This document shows, piece after piece, positions 39,313 to 49,278 of a stretch of 64,000 nucleotides of DNA. Position 1 is the first letter of the stretch, and the number at the start of each line of letters is the position of its first letter. Below the pieces are notes generated by a model. That model was not told the origin of the DNA, searched no databases, and saw only the letters and a program-made list of their open reading frames with translations. The position numbers and the translations under genes are program-made. Location: positions 85,869 through 149,868 of the forward strand of contig JBNKOC010000009.1 in assembly GCA_050294405.1 (NCBI GenBank), read 5' to 3'. This stretch comes from Fibrobacteria bacterium (GTDB lineage: Bacteria; Fibrobacterota; Fibrobacteria; UBA11236; JADFYW01).

Positions 39313-40389
39313 ATGGAAATTAGTTTTAGCCGAACTTTTGAGCAGACTCATGCTAAAAAATTTTTGAGAGGTCCTTTAGAAAGGGGGCAGTTTCCAAGTT
39401 CCTTGCTTATTTCTGGTAAATCTGGCCTTGGGCAAGAGGCTCTGGCTTTGGATTTAGTCCAGGCTCTTTTGTGCGAAAGCAGTGAAAAAAAATCCTGCGG
39501 CCTGTGCCGTTCCTGCAAAGACTTTGTAAATGGCAATCAAGCTCAAGTGCAATGGCTGTTTCCTTTGGCTAAATCTTTTCAAAAAACTAAAGAGAGCCGA
39601 ATGGAAGGTTTGGAAAAACAACTTTCAACATTATTGCAAAATCCATATGAATTTTCGGCTTCCCGTTTGGAAAACCTTTCCATTGAACAGATTCGGGATT
39701 TAAAAGAAAGTCTGGGTTACGCTCTGGAAAAAGGCAAAAAAAGGGTGATGGTTTTGTTTTTTGCGGAGTACATGTTAGAGCCTGCGGCGAATTCATTGCT
39801 TAAAATTTTAGAGGAACCTCCTTCAGACAGTTTTTTTATTTTAACCTCGTCAGATAAAAAGAGGCTTTTGCCAACTATTTTATCCCGATGTATACATTTA
39901 CCTTTGGAAGAACTGGAAAAAAAACAATTGGAAGTTTTTGCAGACAAGCTTTCCCCGGATATAAAGGAAAATTGTCGGGTATGGGTTGATGTAAGTGGAG
40001 GCAGTCCTGGGGAGTTGATAAAAAATGCTCAATATGGACCGCAACTCCTCCAACTCGCCCTGGAATTTCTGGCGCTAAGTCTGGAGGATAATTGGGAGAA
40101 GTTGTTGGAGTTTGTAGAAAGCCATCAGGAGTTTAACGAAATGGATAGCGCACTGGTATTGTTAAAAACTTCATTAAGCGTATACAGGCAGATATATCTG
40201 AAAAAGTCTATTTTCGTACCTGGGGTCGTATCCTTAAGCCTTGACCAAAAAATTGCCGAGCAGGAAATGCCGGAACAGCTTTTTTCTTTTTTACAAAACT
40301 CTCTGGAAAATATTTCCAGGTATTCCAAACCCTCTGTGGCCATTATTGGCAATTACATGAAGTGGATGGATAAGGGGGTAATGGTTTAA
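39313..40389 (+). CDS. holB: DNA polymerase III subunit delta'
   Basis: Zn motif C..CGLCRSC, 'IEQIRDL', 'AANSLLKILEEPP', 'LLPTILSRC'. Confidence 0.88.
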   Translation: MEISFSRTFEQTHAKKFLRGPLERGQFPSSLLISGKSGLGQEALALDLVQALLCESSEKKSCGLCRSCKDFVNGNQAQVQWLFPLAKSFQKTKESRMEGLEKQLSTLLQNPYEFSASRLENLSIEQIRDLKESLGYALEKGKKRVMVLFFAEYMLEPAANSLLKILEEPPSDSFFILTSSDKKRLLPTILSRCIHLPLEELEKKQLEVFADKLSPDIKENCRVWVDVSGGSPGELIKNAQYGPQLLQLALEFLALSLEDNWEKLLEFVESHQEFNEMDSALVLLKTSLSVYRQIYLKKSIFVPGVVSLSLDQKIAEQEMPEQLFSFLQNSLENISRYSKPSVAIIGNYMKWMDKGVMV

Positions 40390-42104
40390 TGTCAAATCCA
40401 GTTGTGTTTAAATATCCCAGCATTAGCGCTCCTGAAATTAATGAAGAAAAGCGGCACAAGGCAAAAACATTTTCGAAACTTTTAAATAGCCCCATGTTTG
40501 TAGCTGAAATATTACACCAGCGGGGAATTCATGAAGTGGATGAGGCAAGGGATTATTTCCTGGCTAGAATGGAAGAATATCCGGAAAACGGCTCTCTTAA
40601 AAATTTTGATGAAATAATTGCTCGTTTGTTGTTAATACAGGAACGCCAAAAATCTGTGGTGATACATGGCGACTACGATGTGGACGGCATCGCTGGTTCG
40701 GCTCTATTGTACAGAGCCTTAAAACTTTGCGGATTTAAAGTGGATTGGTTTTTGCCTAACCGTTTTGAAGATGGCTACGGACTTTCTCTGCATAACATGG
40801 ACAAACTAAGGGAAAAAGGCTGTGACTGGATTATTAGCGTGGATACCGGTATCACTGCCGTTGCAGAAGTAGAGCGGGCCCAGGAGTTGGGTATGGGAGT
40901 CATTATTACGGACCACCATCAGGCCGCAGAAACTCTCCCCGATACTCCTTTTATTTTAAATCCCAACCAACCTGGCTGCGCCTATCCCAATAAAGGACTA
41001 TGCGGGGCCGGGCTTGCTTATAAAGTGGCCGAAGAGCTGATTCGAAAAATAAAGGGCCAGGGCGCAGAGGGCCTTTTAGATTTAGTGGCCATCGCGAGCC
41101 TTGCGGACATTGCCCCTATGGTAGGAGAGAATCGCACTTTGGTTCGCCGCGGTTTGCGTAATTTGCAATACACCCAAAATATGGGGTTAAAAGCCTTGCT
41201 CATTAAAAGCGGGTTGTACGGCTCAGATGGCCTTTTAGCTAGCGATGTATTGTTTAAGCTTACCCCTCTTTTAAATTCAGCAGGCAGGCTGGACAGCCCT
41301 GAGATTGCCATGAAGCTTTTGATAACATCCGATGCCAGAGAAGCCAAGCAGTTGGCCGAACAGCTTTGGGATTTGAATCAGCAAAGAAAACAACTGGATT
41401 TACAAGTATTTGAAGAGGCCTCTCAATTTGGAATGGAGCAAACAGGCAATGCAGCCATAATCGCCCGCTCTAAAGATTGGCATGAAGGTGTAATCGGTAT
41501 ATCCGCCGCGCGATTGGTGGACAAATACCGAAAGCCCTCTCTGGTCATGTCCATAACAGATGGAGTTGCTAAAGGCTCCGGCCGTTCTATTCCCGGAATC
41601 AATTTACATCAGGCTCTGTCCAAATGTTCTCAATATCTGGACAAATGGGGAGGCCATTACATGGCTTGCGGTTTTACCCTTGCCGAAGAAAAAATTGAGG
41701 CTTTTTCCGAATCTTTTCAACAAGCTGTTTTTGAAATGGGCAAAGAGCTGGAAGAATTCAAAATAAAGCCCCATGTGGAAGTAGGGCTTCACGAGGTGAC
41801 TGAAGAATCTCTTATTTGGCTAAAGCGCATGGAGCCTACAGGCCCCAAAAATGAACCCGTTTTGTTTTACAGCAAAGATTTGTATACCGCCGGAGAAATT
41901 CGCATTGTCGGCGAAAAACATTTAAAGTTTAATGTTAGCAATGGAACTCGTAGATTTGACGCCATTGCCTTTGGTTATGGAGATATGTACGAGGAACTTT
42001 TGCAGGCCGAAAAAATAAATTTGGCCTATCACATGGAAGTTAATGAGTTTCAAGGCGTCCGCAGGCTTCAGTTAAGAGTGGTGGCCTTGGAATGTATAGC
42101 ATAA
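40389..42104 (+). CDS. recJ: Single-stranded-DNA-specific exonuclease RecJ
   Basis: 'GDYDVDG', 'PNRFEDGYG', 'TDHH', 'LNSAGRL', 'GSGRS', 'GGH.MACG'. Confidence 0.95.
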   Translation: MSNPVVFKYPSISAPEINEEKRHKAKTFSKLLNSPMFVAEILHQRGIHEVDEARDYFLARMEEYPENGSLKNFDEIIARLLLIQERQKSVVIHGDYDVDGIAGSALLYRALKLCGFKVDWFLPNRFEDGYGLSLHNMDKLREKGCDWIISVDTGITAVAEVERAQELGMGVIITDHHQAAETLPDTPFILNPNQPGCAYPNKGLCGAGLAYKVAEELIRKIKGQGAEGLLDLVAIASLADIAPMVGENRTLVRRGLRNLQYTQNMGLKALLIKSGLYGSDGLLASDVLFKLTPLLNSAGRLDSPEIAMKLLITSDAREAKQLAEQLWDLNQQRKQLDLQVFEEASQFGMEQTGNAAIIARSKDWHEGVIGISAARLVDKYRKPSLVMSITDGVAKGSGRSIPGINLHQALSKCSQYLDKWGGHYMACGFTLAEEKIEAFSESFQQAVFEMGKELEEFKIKPHVEVGLHEVTEESLIWLKRMEPTGPKNEPVLFYSKDLYTAGEIRIVGEKHLKFNVSNGTRRFDAIAFGYGDMYEELLQAEKINLAYHMEVNEFQGVRRLQLRVVALECIA

Positions 42105-42122
42105 GCTTAAGGAAATAAAAAA

Positions 42123-43520
42123 ATGGCCGATAAAAAAGATTCTGGCAAATCAAAAATGTGGGGGGGGAGGTTCAGTAAGGCCACCCATGTGGAAATGGAC
42201 AAGCTGGGGCACAGCCTTCACTACGACAAAAAGCTGCTGGAAGAGGATATAGAAGGCTCGTTAGTGCACGCGGAATGCTTACAAGAGGCTGGCGTGCTTA
42301 CTTCTGCGGAATTAAAAAAAATACAAAAAGGCCTTAAGGAGCTTTTGAAGGATGGAAAAACGGGAAAGCTGGAATTTGATGCGGGTGATGAAGACATACA
42401 TATGTGCCTGGAAAGAATTCTCACTGAAAAAATAGGCAGCCTGGGTAAAAAATTACATACCGGACGAAGCCGCAATGACCAAGTGGCTACAGATTTTAAA
42501 TTGTATATCCGCAAGCAATCCCATGTTATTATCGGCGAAATTCGAAAATTACAAAATTCCCTTTTGGAGCGAGCTAAAGAGCACAAGGAGAGTATCTGGC
42601 CGGGGTATACCCATTTGCAACAGGCTCAACCCATATATTTGTCCCATTATTTGTTGGCTTTTTTCTGGGCTTTAGAGCGGGATGTATCCCGTTTTGAGCA
42701 TGTTCGAAAAACATCGGGTTACCTTCCCTTGGGAAGCGGGGCGCTGGCGGGTTCGGGTTTTGGCTACGACCGTCAGTTGGCGGCTAAAAAGTTGGGCTTC
42801 GATGCCATTAGTCCTAACAGTATTGACGCCACTTCTCATCGGGATTTTGCTCTGGAATTTTTAAACGCCATTGCCACTTGTGGAAACTTATTGAGCCGCT
42901 ATGCGGAGGATTTTGTGATTTGGAGCTCAACGGAGTTTGGTTTTTTAAGATTGGACGATGCCTTTACCACGGGCTCATCCATGATGCCCCAAAAACGCAA
43001 CCCCGATTCCATGGAGTTGATTCGAGGTAAATCGGGGCGCTTGCTGGGTAATTACGTAAGTCTTTATACGGCATCCAAAGGGGCGCCCTTAAGTTATAGC
43101 CGGGATTTACAGGAAGACAAAGAACCTGTATTTGACTCTTTGGAAACTATTTTGACCTGCTTGCGGGTCATGGAAAAATCCATTGCCACTGCTGATTTCA
43201 AGCTGGAGGCGGTGGATAAAGCCATGAATAAAAATCTTTTGGCTACTGATTTGGCAGATGCCCTGGTTAAAAAAGGAGTGCCATTTCGGGAGAGCCATGA
43301 AATTTCAGGAAGTCTTGTGGGTTTAGCTGAGAAAAAAGGATTATCTTTTTTGGACATGCCCGATTCAGACTGGGAAAGTCTTCCAGGGGGAGTAGAGCTG
43401 AAAAAATCCTTAAATTTTAAGAATTCCATAGAATCCCGGAATATATTGGGTGGAACAGGGTCCAAATCCATTGCCTGGCAGCTTAAAAACGCTGAAAAAT
43501 TGCTGAAAATGGCAGGATAG
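42123..43520 (+). CDS. argH: Argininosuccinate lyase
   Basis: 'MWGGRF', 'HTGRSRNDQV', 'PGYTHLQ.AQP', 'GSSMMPQKRNPD'. Confidence 0.96.
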   Translation: MADKKDSGKSKMWGGRFSKATHVEMDKLGHSLHYDKKLLEEDIEGSLVHAECLQEAGVLTSAELKKIQKGLKELLKDGKTGKLEFDAGDEDIHMCLERILTEKIGSLGKKLHTGRSRNDQVATDFKLYIRKQSHVIIGEIRKLQNSLLERAKEHKESIWPGYTHLQQAQPIYLSHYLLAFFWALERDVSRFEHVRKTSGYLPLGSGALAGSGFGYDRQLAAKKLGFDAISPNSIDATSHRDFALEFLNAIATCGNLLSRYAEDFVIWSSTEFGFLRLDDAFTTGSSMMPQKRNPDSMELIRGKSGRLLGNYVSLYTASKGAPLSYSRDLQEDKEPVFDSLETILTCLRVMEKSIATADFKLEAVDKAMNKNLLATDLADALVKKGVPFRESHEISGSLVGLAEKKGLSFLDMPDSDWESLPGGVELKKSLNFKNSIESRNILGGTGSKSIAWQLKNAEKLLKMAG

Positions 43521-43578
43521 ACACCACTGGGCTGATTGTCTATTTTGCAGGAGGTTAAATATTTTAAGTGAGCTTGAA

Positions 43579-44442
43579 ATGAAATGGTTTTGGAAAGCCA
43601 AATCTGGCGTAGAGACCCAGTCTAAAAAAGATCTTCCCGCGGATTTGTGGGTTAAGTGCACAGGCTGTAAAGAAATTCTTTATCGAAAAGAACTGGTGAA
43701 AAGCAACCTGGTTTGTGAGCATTGCAATTTTCATTTTCCCATTAATGCCAAAGAATATGTGGACTTACTTTTGGACGAAGACAGTTTTGTGGAAATGGAT
43801 GCGGAAATGTCCTCCAATGACCCATTGGGTTTTGTGGATAAAAAGAAGTACAAAGACAGGCTTGTAACGTATCAGAAAAAAACCGGGTTAAAATCTGCGG
43901 TAGTTTCGGGTACCGGCCGTATTGAAGGGCAAAAAGTAAGCATGGCAGTAATGGACTTTCGCTTTGGCGGTGGCTCCATGGGCACCGTGGAAGGTGAAAA
44001 AATCACCCGGGTTTTTAAAAAAGCCTTGGAAGATAGGATTCCTGCCATAGTGATTTCCAAATCCGGGGGTGCCCGTATGCAAGAGGGAACTCTTTCCCTT
44101 TTTCAAATGGCCAAAACTTCTGCCTACATATCCAAATTAAATCGGGAAAAAATCCCATACATCAGTGTTTTGACCAATCCCACTACAGGAGGGGTTACCG
44201 CCAGTTTTGCCATGTTAGGTGATGTTAATATTGCCGAACCTAAAGCTTTGATTGGTTTTGCGGGTGAAAGGGTTATTCGCGAAACCATCCGCCAAAACTT
44301 ACCGCCCAATTTTCAAAGGGCTGAGCTTTTAGTGGAAAAGGGTTTTGTGGATATGGTAGTACATCGCAAGGATTTAAAATCCACCTTAAACTCCCTGTTG
44401 TATTATTTCAGCCAGGGGCTTGGCGTTAACGCCACGGCCTGA
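43579..44442 (+). CDS. accD: Acetyl-CoA carboxylase carboxyltransferase beta subunit
   Basis: Zn finger 'WVKC..C...C.HC', 'GGSMG', 'SGGARMQEG', 'PTTGGVTASFA'. Confidence 0.96.
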   Translation: MKWFWKAKSGVETQSKKDLPADLWVKCTGCKEILYRKELVKSNLVCEHCNFHFPINAKEYVDLLLDEDSFVEMDAEMSSNDPLGFVDKKKYKDRLVTYQKKTGLKSAVVSGTGRIEGQKVSMAVMDFRFGGGSMGTVEGEKITRVFKKALEDRIPAIVISKSGGARMQEGTLSLFQMAKTSAYISKLNREKIPYISVLTNPTTGGVTASFAMLGDVNIAEPKALIGFAGERVIRETIRQNLPPNFQRAELLVEKGFVDMVVHRKDLKSTLNSLLYYFSQGLGVNATA

Positions 44443-44484
44443 TTGCCCTTCAAAAAGCTATTTTTTTAAGAGCATTAAAAGGTT

Positions 44485-45834
44485 ATGTATATGACCTATC
44501 AAGAGTGCCTTGAGTTTCTGTACAACCGCAATCAATTTGCCATAAAACTGGGCCTGGATAATATTCAAAACTTATTGGACAGGTTGGGCATATCCTATGG
44601 AAATGCAAAAATAATCCATGTTGCGGGAACTAATGGGAAAGGTTCTCTTTGTTATTATTTGTATCAGTTGCTGATTCAATTGGGTGTTCCCCGAGTGGGT
44701 TTGTACAGTTCTCCCCATTTAGTGGATTTTAGGGAGCGTATTTTAGTCCATGGGAAGAAAATTGAGAAAAACTGGATCTCCCAATGGATGGAAAAATCCA
44801 AAAAACACATTTTGGATATAAACAGTACCTATTTTGAAACTGTGACTGCAATGGCCTTCGAATATTTTCAAACTCAAAACTGCGATGTTTGGATTTTGGA
44901 AACAGGGCTTGGAGGCAGGCTGGATGCTACCAATGTGGCTCCCTCTCATGTTACTGCGATAACATCCATCGCCATGGACCATGAAAATATACTCGGGCAC
45001 AGCATAAAACAAATAGCCTTGGAAAAACTGGGTATTGCCAAAAAAAATATTCCCCTGGCTTTGGGTGTACTTCCTGAAGAGGCTAAACTAGAGGCCGTGC
45101 TGCGAGCCCTGGAATTAAATTGCCCCTTGTGGGATTTTAATGTTTCTCAAAGCAACATACAGCCAATGGACATGTCTCAAAATAAATGGCAGTTTAAAGG
45201 AAAAGAACACAACCTTAATTTTGTTTGCGACTTGGAAGAAAAATCCCATCAGCAATATTTGTTGGAAATGGCCTTAAAAATTTTGGAAAACTGGGATTAC
45301 AGCAAAAGCTATTTGGAAAGAACCTCCCTCGGCCAAAAAACACTATTGCTGGAATCTCCCGCAGGTCGCCTGCAATTTTTAAGAGCTCCTTCTTTTCCCG
45401 ATTTAGTTTTGGATTGCGGCCACAATGAAGAGGCCTGGCGAAAATTGTTAGAATATTTGAAAAGGAAAGCTGCAGGAAAAAAAATTATTTTACTGCATTC
45501 CATTATGCGGGACAAAAATTTTCCTCTTGTTTTAAAAATACTCGGCCCTGTCATACATCAATTTTATTTTATCCCCCTATTGGATATGGAGCGCTGCCTG
45601 CCGGAGAAAGAGGCCCGCAAAGCCTTGTCCCAAAGTTCCATTCAAAATTGGGATGTGCTTACTTTGGAAAAACTGGATTTTGTAAGCTGGCTTAAAGACT
45701 GGAACCCCGATGAATATTTGCTCTGCATATGCGGCTCCTTTTATTTACTGGCAAAGGTGTTGCCTTTGTTGGCTCCTTTTTTCCCTGAGCTTTCTCAGTT
45801 TAAGGTAGAAGACAATTCAATAGCCGGAAATTGA
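44485..45834 (+). CDS. folC: Folylpolyglutamate/dihydrofolate synthase
   Basis: 'HVAGTNGKGS', 'SPHL.DFRERI', 'ETGLGGRLDATN', 'DCGHN'; follows accD. Confidence 0.92.
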   Translation: MYMTYQECLEFLYNRNQFAIKLGLDNIQNLLDRLGISYGNAKIIHVAGTNGKGSLCYYLYQLLIQLGVPRVGLYSSPHLVDFRERILVHGKKIEKNWISQWMEKSKKHILDINSTYFETVTAMAFEYFQTQNCDVWILETGLGGRLDATNVAPSHVTAITSIAMDHENILGHSIKQIALEKLGIAKKNIPLALGVLPEEAKLEAVLRALELNCPLWDFNVSQSNIQPMDMSQNKWQFKGKEHNLNFVCDLEEKSHQQYLLEMALKILENWDYSKSYLERTSLGQKTLLLESPAGRLQFLRAPSFPDLVLDCGHNEEAWRKLLEYLKRKAAGKKIILLHSIMRDKNFPLVLKILGPVIHQFYFIPLLDMERCLPEKEARKALSQSSIQNWDVLTLEKLDFVSWLKDWNPDEYLLCICGSFYLLAKVLPLLAPFFPELSQFKVEDNSIAGN

Positions 45835-45893
45835 TTTTTTCCTGAATATTAATGGTATAATCAAAGCAATAGCAGTTTTAAGGGCTATGTTTT

Positions 45894-46532
45894 ATGAAAG
45901 TTACCACACGCAAATTTAACAAGGGCGAATATTTGCTTCGGCAAAATGAAAGCAGTCGCCATATGTTTGTGATAAACTCCGGCAAGGTTCGTGTTATTAG
46001 GGAAGAGGGAAAACATGCAACCTTTGTGAATGATGTGGGCCCTGGAGCCACTGTGGGTGAAATTTCTTTAATTGACGGTCTTCCCCGGAGCGCTTCGGCC
46101 ATTGCCCTGGAGGAGGTGGAAGCCACGGTAATTGTTCCTACTGATATGGAGGATGCCAATCAATCCTGCCCTGCCTGGTTTCAGGCCCTGGCTCGGTCTC
46201 TGGCATTTAGAACCCGTACCGCCCTTTCTAATATTCAGCGCAATCCTAAATATTTTGCTGAGGGGAGTTTGGTATCCCTGTTGATTTATTTTTCCATAGC
46301 TGCAGAAAAGGAAAAGCATTTTCCAAAACTGGAAATGGTCAAAAAGCTTTCGGATATTTTGCGCATTGGTTTTGAGGAGATTGAAGAGTTCTTGCAAACC
46401 CTGTCTCAAAAGGAACTGCTCCAATTAGATGGGGATGAAATCATTTTAGAATCTTTGGAAGAGCTGGAAGAGTATCAAAAAGAGCTCCGAGAAAAACTTA
46501 ATCACGATAGCCTGGAAACATTCAGGCCTTAA
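45894..46532 (+). CDS. Crp/Fnr-like cyclic-nucleotide-binding protein
   Basis: cNMP-binding signature 'GEISLIDGLPRSASA'; C-terminal winged-helix-like region. Confidence 0.75.
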   Translation: MKVTTRKFNKGEYLLRQNESSRHMFVINSGKVRVIREEGKHATFVNDVGPGATVGEISLIDGLPRSASAIALEEVEATVIVPTDMEDANQSCPAWFQALARSLAFRTRTALSNIQRNPKYFAEGSLVSLLIYFSIAAEKEKHFPKLEMVKKLSDILRIGFEEIEEFLQTLSQKELLQLDGDEIILESLEELEEYQKELREKLNHDSLETFRP

Positions 46533-46542
46533 ATTTTTTTTC

Positions 46543-46569
46543 TAAAGTTTTTGTAAATCGCGCCGATAA
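46543..46569 (+). promoter_or_regulatory. Sigma28 (FliA) promoter
   Basis: TAAAGTTT...GCCGATAA with TAAA-N15-GCCGATAA spacing, a consensus match. Confidence 0.85.
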
Positions 46570-46663
46570 CTATAAGGGATAAATAGATTCTTGGCCAATT
46601 TTGGGGAAAATAGGCCAATTTGAAGCTTTTATCCGTCGATCAGACAGTAACCAGGGAGCTAAT

Positions 46664-47167
46664 ATGGAAATAGAAGGGTCATCCAGCGATTATACCCGCA
46701 TTGACAATAGAGATTTGTCTCGGGTTAACAAAAAAGTCGAAACCAATGAGGATAAACGTCTCAAGAGCCCAACCCAGGAATACCAGTTGGGAGAGCAAAA
46801 AAAATTAAAATTGGACGGCAGCCAATTTCAGGATAAAGTAGAGTTGAGTTCTCCGCCTCCTCAAAAAGAAAACCGCCCGGAAGAAAATGCGGTAGTTCAG
46901 CGCAATGAAGCGGGCCAGGAGCAGGTCCAGCAAAGATTCCTGGAGGAAGCTAAAAAAGAAGCAGATAACCGCCAGGCGCAGGCAAGAAAAGCAGACCAGC
47001 AAAAAAATGTAGCTGCTGAGCAAAACGCCAAAGCCAAGGAAGAGGAACAGGTGAACCAGGAGTTACGCCGCAAAGAGGAAAACCGGGAAGTTGAGCGAAA
47101 AGAGTCCCAGGGGCCGGTGCGTCGCTCTGATGACGACCCTTTAAGAAATCTGAATTTGCTGGCTTAG
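46664..47167 (+). CDS. Hypothetical charged/disordered protein, probably in the sigma28 regulon
   Basis: ATG at 46664 with AGGGAG RBS; E/Q/K/R-rich; 'DKVELS' motif; ends 'NLNLLA'. Confidence 0.7.
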   Translation: MEIEGSSSDYTRIDNRDLSRVNKKVETNEDKRLKSPTQEYQLGEQKKLKLDGSQFQDKVELSSPPPQKENRPEENAVVQRNEAGQEQVQQRFLEEAKKEADNRQAQARKADQQKNVAAEQNAKAKEEEQVNQELRRKEENREVERKESQGPVRRSDDDPLRNLNLLA

Positions 47168-47277
47168 ACCTAAAAAATTTAAAGAATTCTCCAAATTTTA
47201 TTGAAATAATGAAATATTTGTGGCAGCGACTTATATTAGTAAAGGATGTGTGAAATAAAGTAGGGACTGCTTTTTAA

Positions 47278-48174
47278 TTGAATCGAAATAACGGCTTTGA
47301 CTACTTGCGGGTTCTCGCCTTAGGGTTGGTTTATTTGCAGCACCAGTTTAGCGTGTTGGAAAAATTAAACTGGGTGGAAGCTTTCGATTTAAATTTGGGA
47401 CAGCTGGGAGTGGCCATTTTTTTGGCCATTAGCGGGTTTTTGGCAGCCCAATCCAAAAGAGAACCAGTAGCCTGGGCCAGGGCTCGCTTCAAAAGAGTAT
47501 ATCCTGCTTACTGGGCGGCCATCTTATTGTCCTTCGCGGCCGCCATGTTTTCGGGCTATAAAACATTTAGCTTGTGGCAATTTTTTTCCCAGATGGCGGG
47601 AACAGGTCTTCTTACCCATCGGGATACTCTTATAAATGTGGCATCATGGTTTATTTCCCTGCTAATAATATTATACACACAAGTTTTTGCGGCTCGATTT
47701 TTGGGCAAGCCCTATCTTTATATGACAGGGGTAGCCATTGTTGGAGGAGCGATGTTAGGCTCCGGCGTGTTCCCGTTGATTGGGGCCCATGTTTTTATCT
47801 TTTGCCTGGGATATTTGTACAACAATCCCAAAAATACCTGGGGAAAATGGCCCTTCTATTTGGTTGTTGCATTACTAATTTGCCTATGCCCCTGGTTTCG
47901 TAACAGCGCCTATTGTGCAATGGCTTTTATTCTGCTCTTGCTTTCGGGTTATATCCACAGGCCATCTCGAATCATTTCCATTATTTCTGGGCTTTCCTAT
48001 TACTTCTTTTTAATCCATGGAATTTTTTTAGTAGGCGCTCAACAGCTTTTCGGACACATGGGCTGGCTTTTAAGTATCCCTGCCGGGGTTTTAGGTTCGG
48101 TGGTTGCCGCTTATCTCATGCAATGGTTTTTTGAAAAATCATATTTCGCAAAACGTATGGGTTTAGCTGCATAA
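47278..48174 (+). CDS. Acyltransferase family 3 membrane protein
   Basis: 'FDYLR', 'GV.IF..ISGF', 'RFKRVYPAYW', 'SY..FLIH'. Confidence 0.85.
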   Translation: MNRNNGFDYLRVLALGLVYLQHQFSVLEKLNWVEAFDLNLGQLGVAIFLAISGFLAAQSKREPVAWARARFKRVYPAYWAAILLSFAAAMFSGYKTFSLWQFFSQMAGTGLLTHRDTLINVASWFISLLIILYTQVFAARFLGKPYLYMTGVAIVGGAMLGSGVFPLIGAHVFIFCLGYLYNNPKNTWGKWPFYLVVALLICLCPWFRNSAYCAMAFILLLLSGYIHRPSRIISIISGLSYYFFLIHGIFLVGAQQLFGHMGWLLSIPAGVLGSVVAAYLMQWFFEKSYFAKRMGLAA

Positions 48175-48198
48175 TTTCTTTGTATATTCGGCTATGCT

Positions 48199-48849
48199 AT
48201 GGATATTGTCGGAATTATAATCGCTTTGTTTTTGTTAGTGGTTTCATTGGGAATTCACGAAGCGGCTCATGCATGGGCGGCCCATAAGTTCGGAGACGAT
48301 ACGGCAAAAAATATGGGCCGCATGACTATTAACCCCATTCCTCATATTGACCCCATCGGCTTGGTGCCGATTTTAATCGGGGTTCCCTTTGGCTGGGCTA
48401 AGCCAGTACCTGTGAACCCCAACAATATTCAAAATCAAAGTTTGGGGTTACCACTTATTGCAGCCGCAGGCCCTCTTTCCAATTTAGCTCAAATGCTGCT
48501 GGCCTGCTTGGCCTGGTTTGTTATTTACAACTGGATTCCCCTTCCCAATCAAGAAGTATTAAGGGCTCTTTGGGATATTTTTGAAAAATATATTTCCATA
48601 AATCTGGCCCTTGCTCTATTTAATATGTTTCCCGTATACCCTTTGGATGGAAGCAAGGTAATCAGCCTGCTAATGCCCGAAAACACGGCCCGCCAATACG
48701 AATTTTCCATTATGCGCATGGGCTATTTTCCTTTGCTTCTCCTTTTTTTGGCTAATTTTGCTCTGAATGGGCAGATTTTTAACTTTTGGTTTAGCCTTTG
48801 GATGCCTCTTTTCAGGCCCATATTCAACCTGCTCAATATCCCTTTTTAA
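48199..48849 (+). CDS. Site-2 protease family (M50) metalloprotease
   Basis: 'HEAAH', 'GWAKPVPVN', 'AAGPLSN', 'FNMFP.YPLDG'. Confidence 0.9.
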   Translation: MDIVGIIIALFLLVVSLGIHEAAHAWAAHKFGDDTAKNMGRMTINPIPHIDPIGLVPILIGVPFGWAKPVPVNPNNIQNQSLGLPLIAAAGPLSNLAQMLLACLAWFVIYNWIPLPNQEVLRALWDIFEKYISINLALALFNMFPVYPLDGSKVISLLMPENTARQYEFSIMRMGYFPLLLLFLANFALNGQIFNFWFSLWMPLFRPIFNLLNIPF

Positions 48850-48956
48850 CCAGGTGTATCAGGCCCTAGTTAAAAGGCAAGAGCCCCCAAATAGCGCGGC
48901 TTGAAAAGTTAAGTCGATTTTATATATTCCTTTCCACTTTTCAGGAGGATATTGAA

Positions 48957-49217
48957 TTGCCACATCATAAATCAGCAAAAAAAAGATTGCGAACAGCTGA
49001 AAAAGCCAATGAATTGAACAAAGCTATTCGTTCCAGAATTCGCACCCGCTTAAAAAAAGTTAGAACTGCACCTACTAAAGAAGAAGCTTCAAAAGAAGTA
49101 CCCGCACTATTTTCCCTATTGGACAAAGCTGCTCTTAAACACAGAGCCGGGTTTAATAAAAACCGTGTGGGCAATTACAAGCGCAAAGTGCACAATTTAT
49201 TGAATTCATTGGCCTAA
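48957..49217 (+). CDS. rpsT: 30S ribosomal protein S20
   Basis: 'PHHKSAKKRLR....N...RSR.RT..KK', 'LDKAA'; TTG start with AGGAGG RBS. Confidence 0.9.
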   Translation: MPHHKSAKKRLRTAEKANELNKAIRSRIRTRLKKVRTAPTKEEASKEVPALFSLLDKAALKHRAGFNKNRVGNYKRKVHNLLNSLA

Positions 49218-49244
49218 ACTTTCGCAGTTAAAATAGTTTATAAT

Positions 49245-49278
49245 AAAACGGTGGTTCACAAGAGCCATCGTTTTTTTT
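49245..49278 (+). terminator. Intrinsic terminator after rpsT
   Basis: AAAACGGTGGTTC-ACAA-GAGCCATCGTTTTTTTT. Confidence 0.7.
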
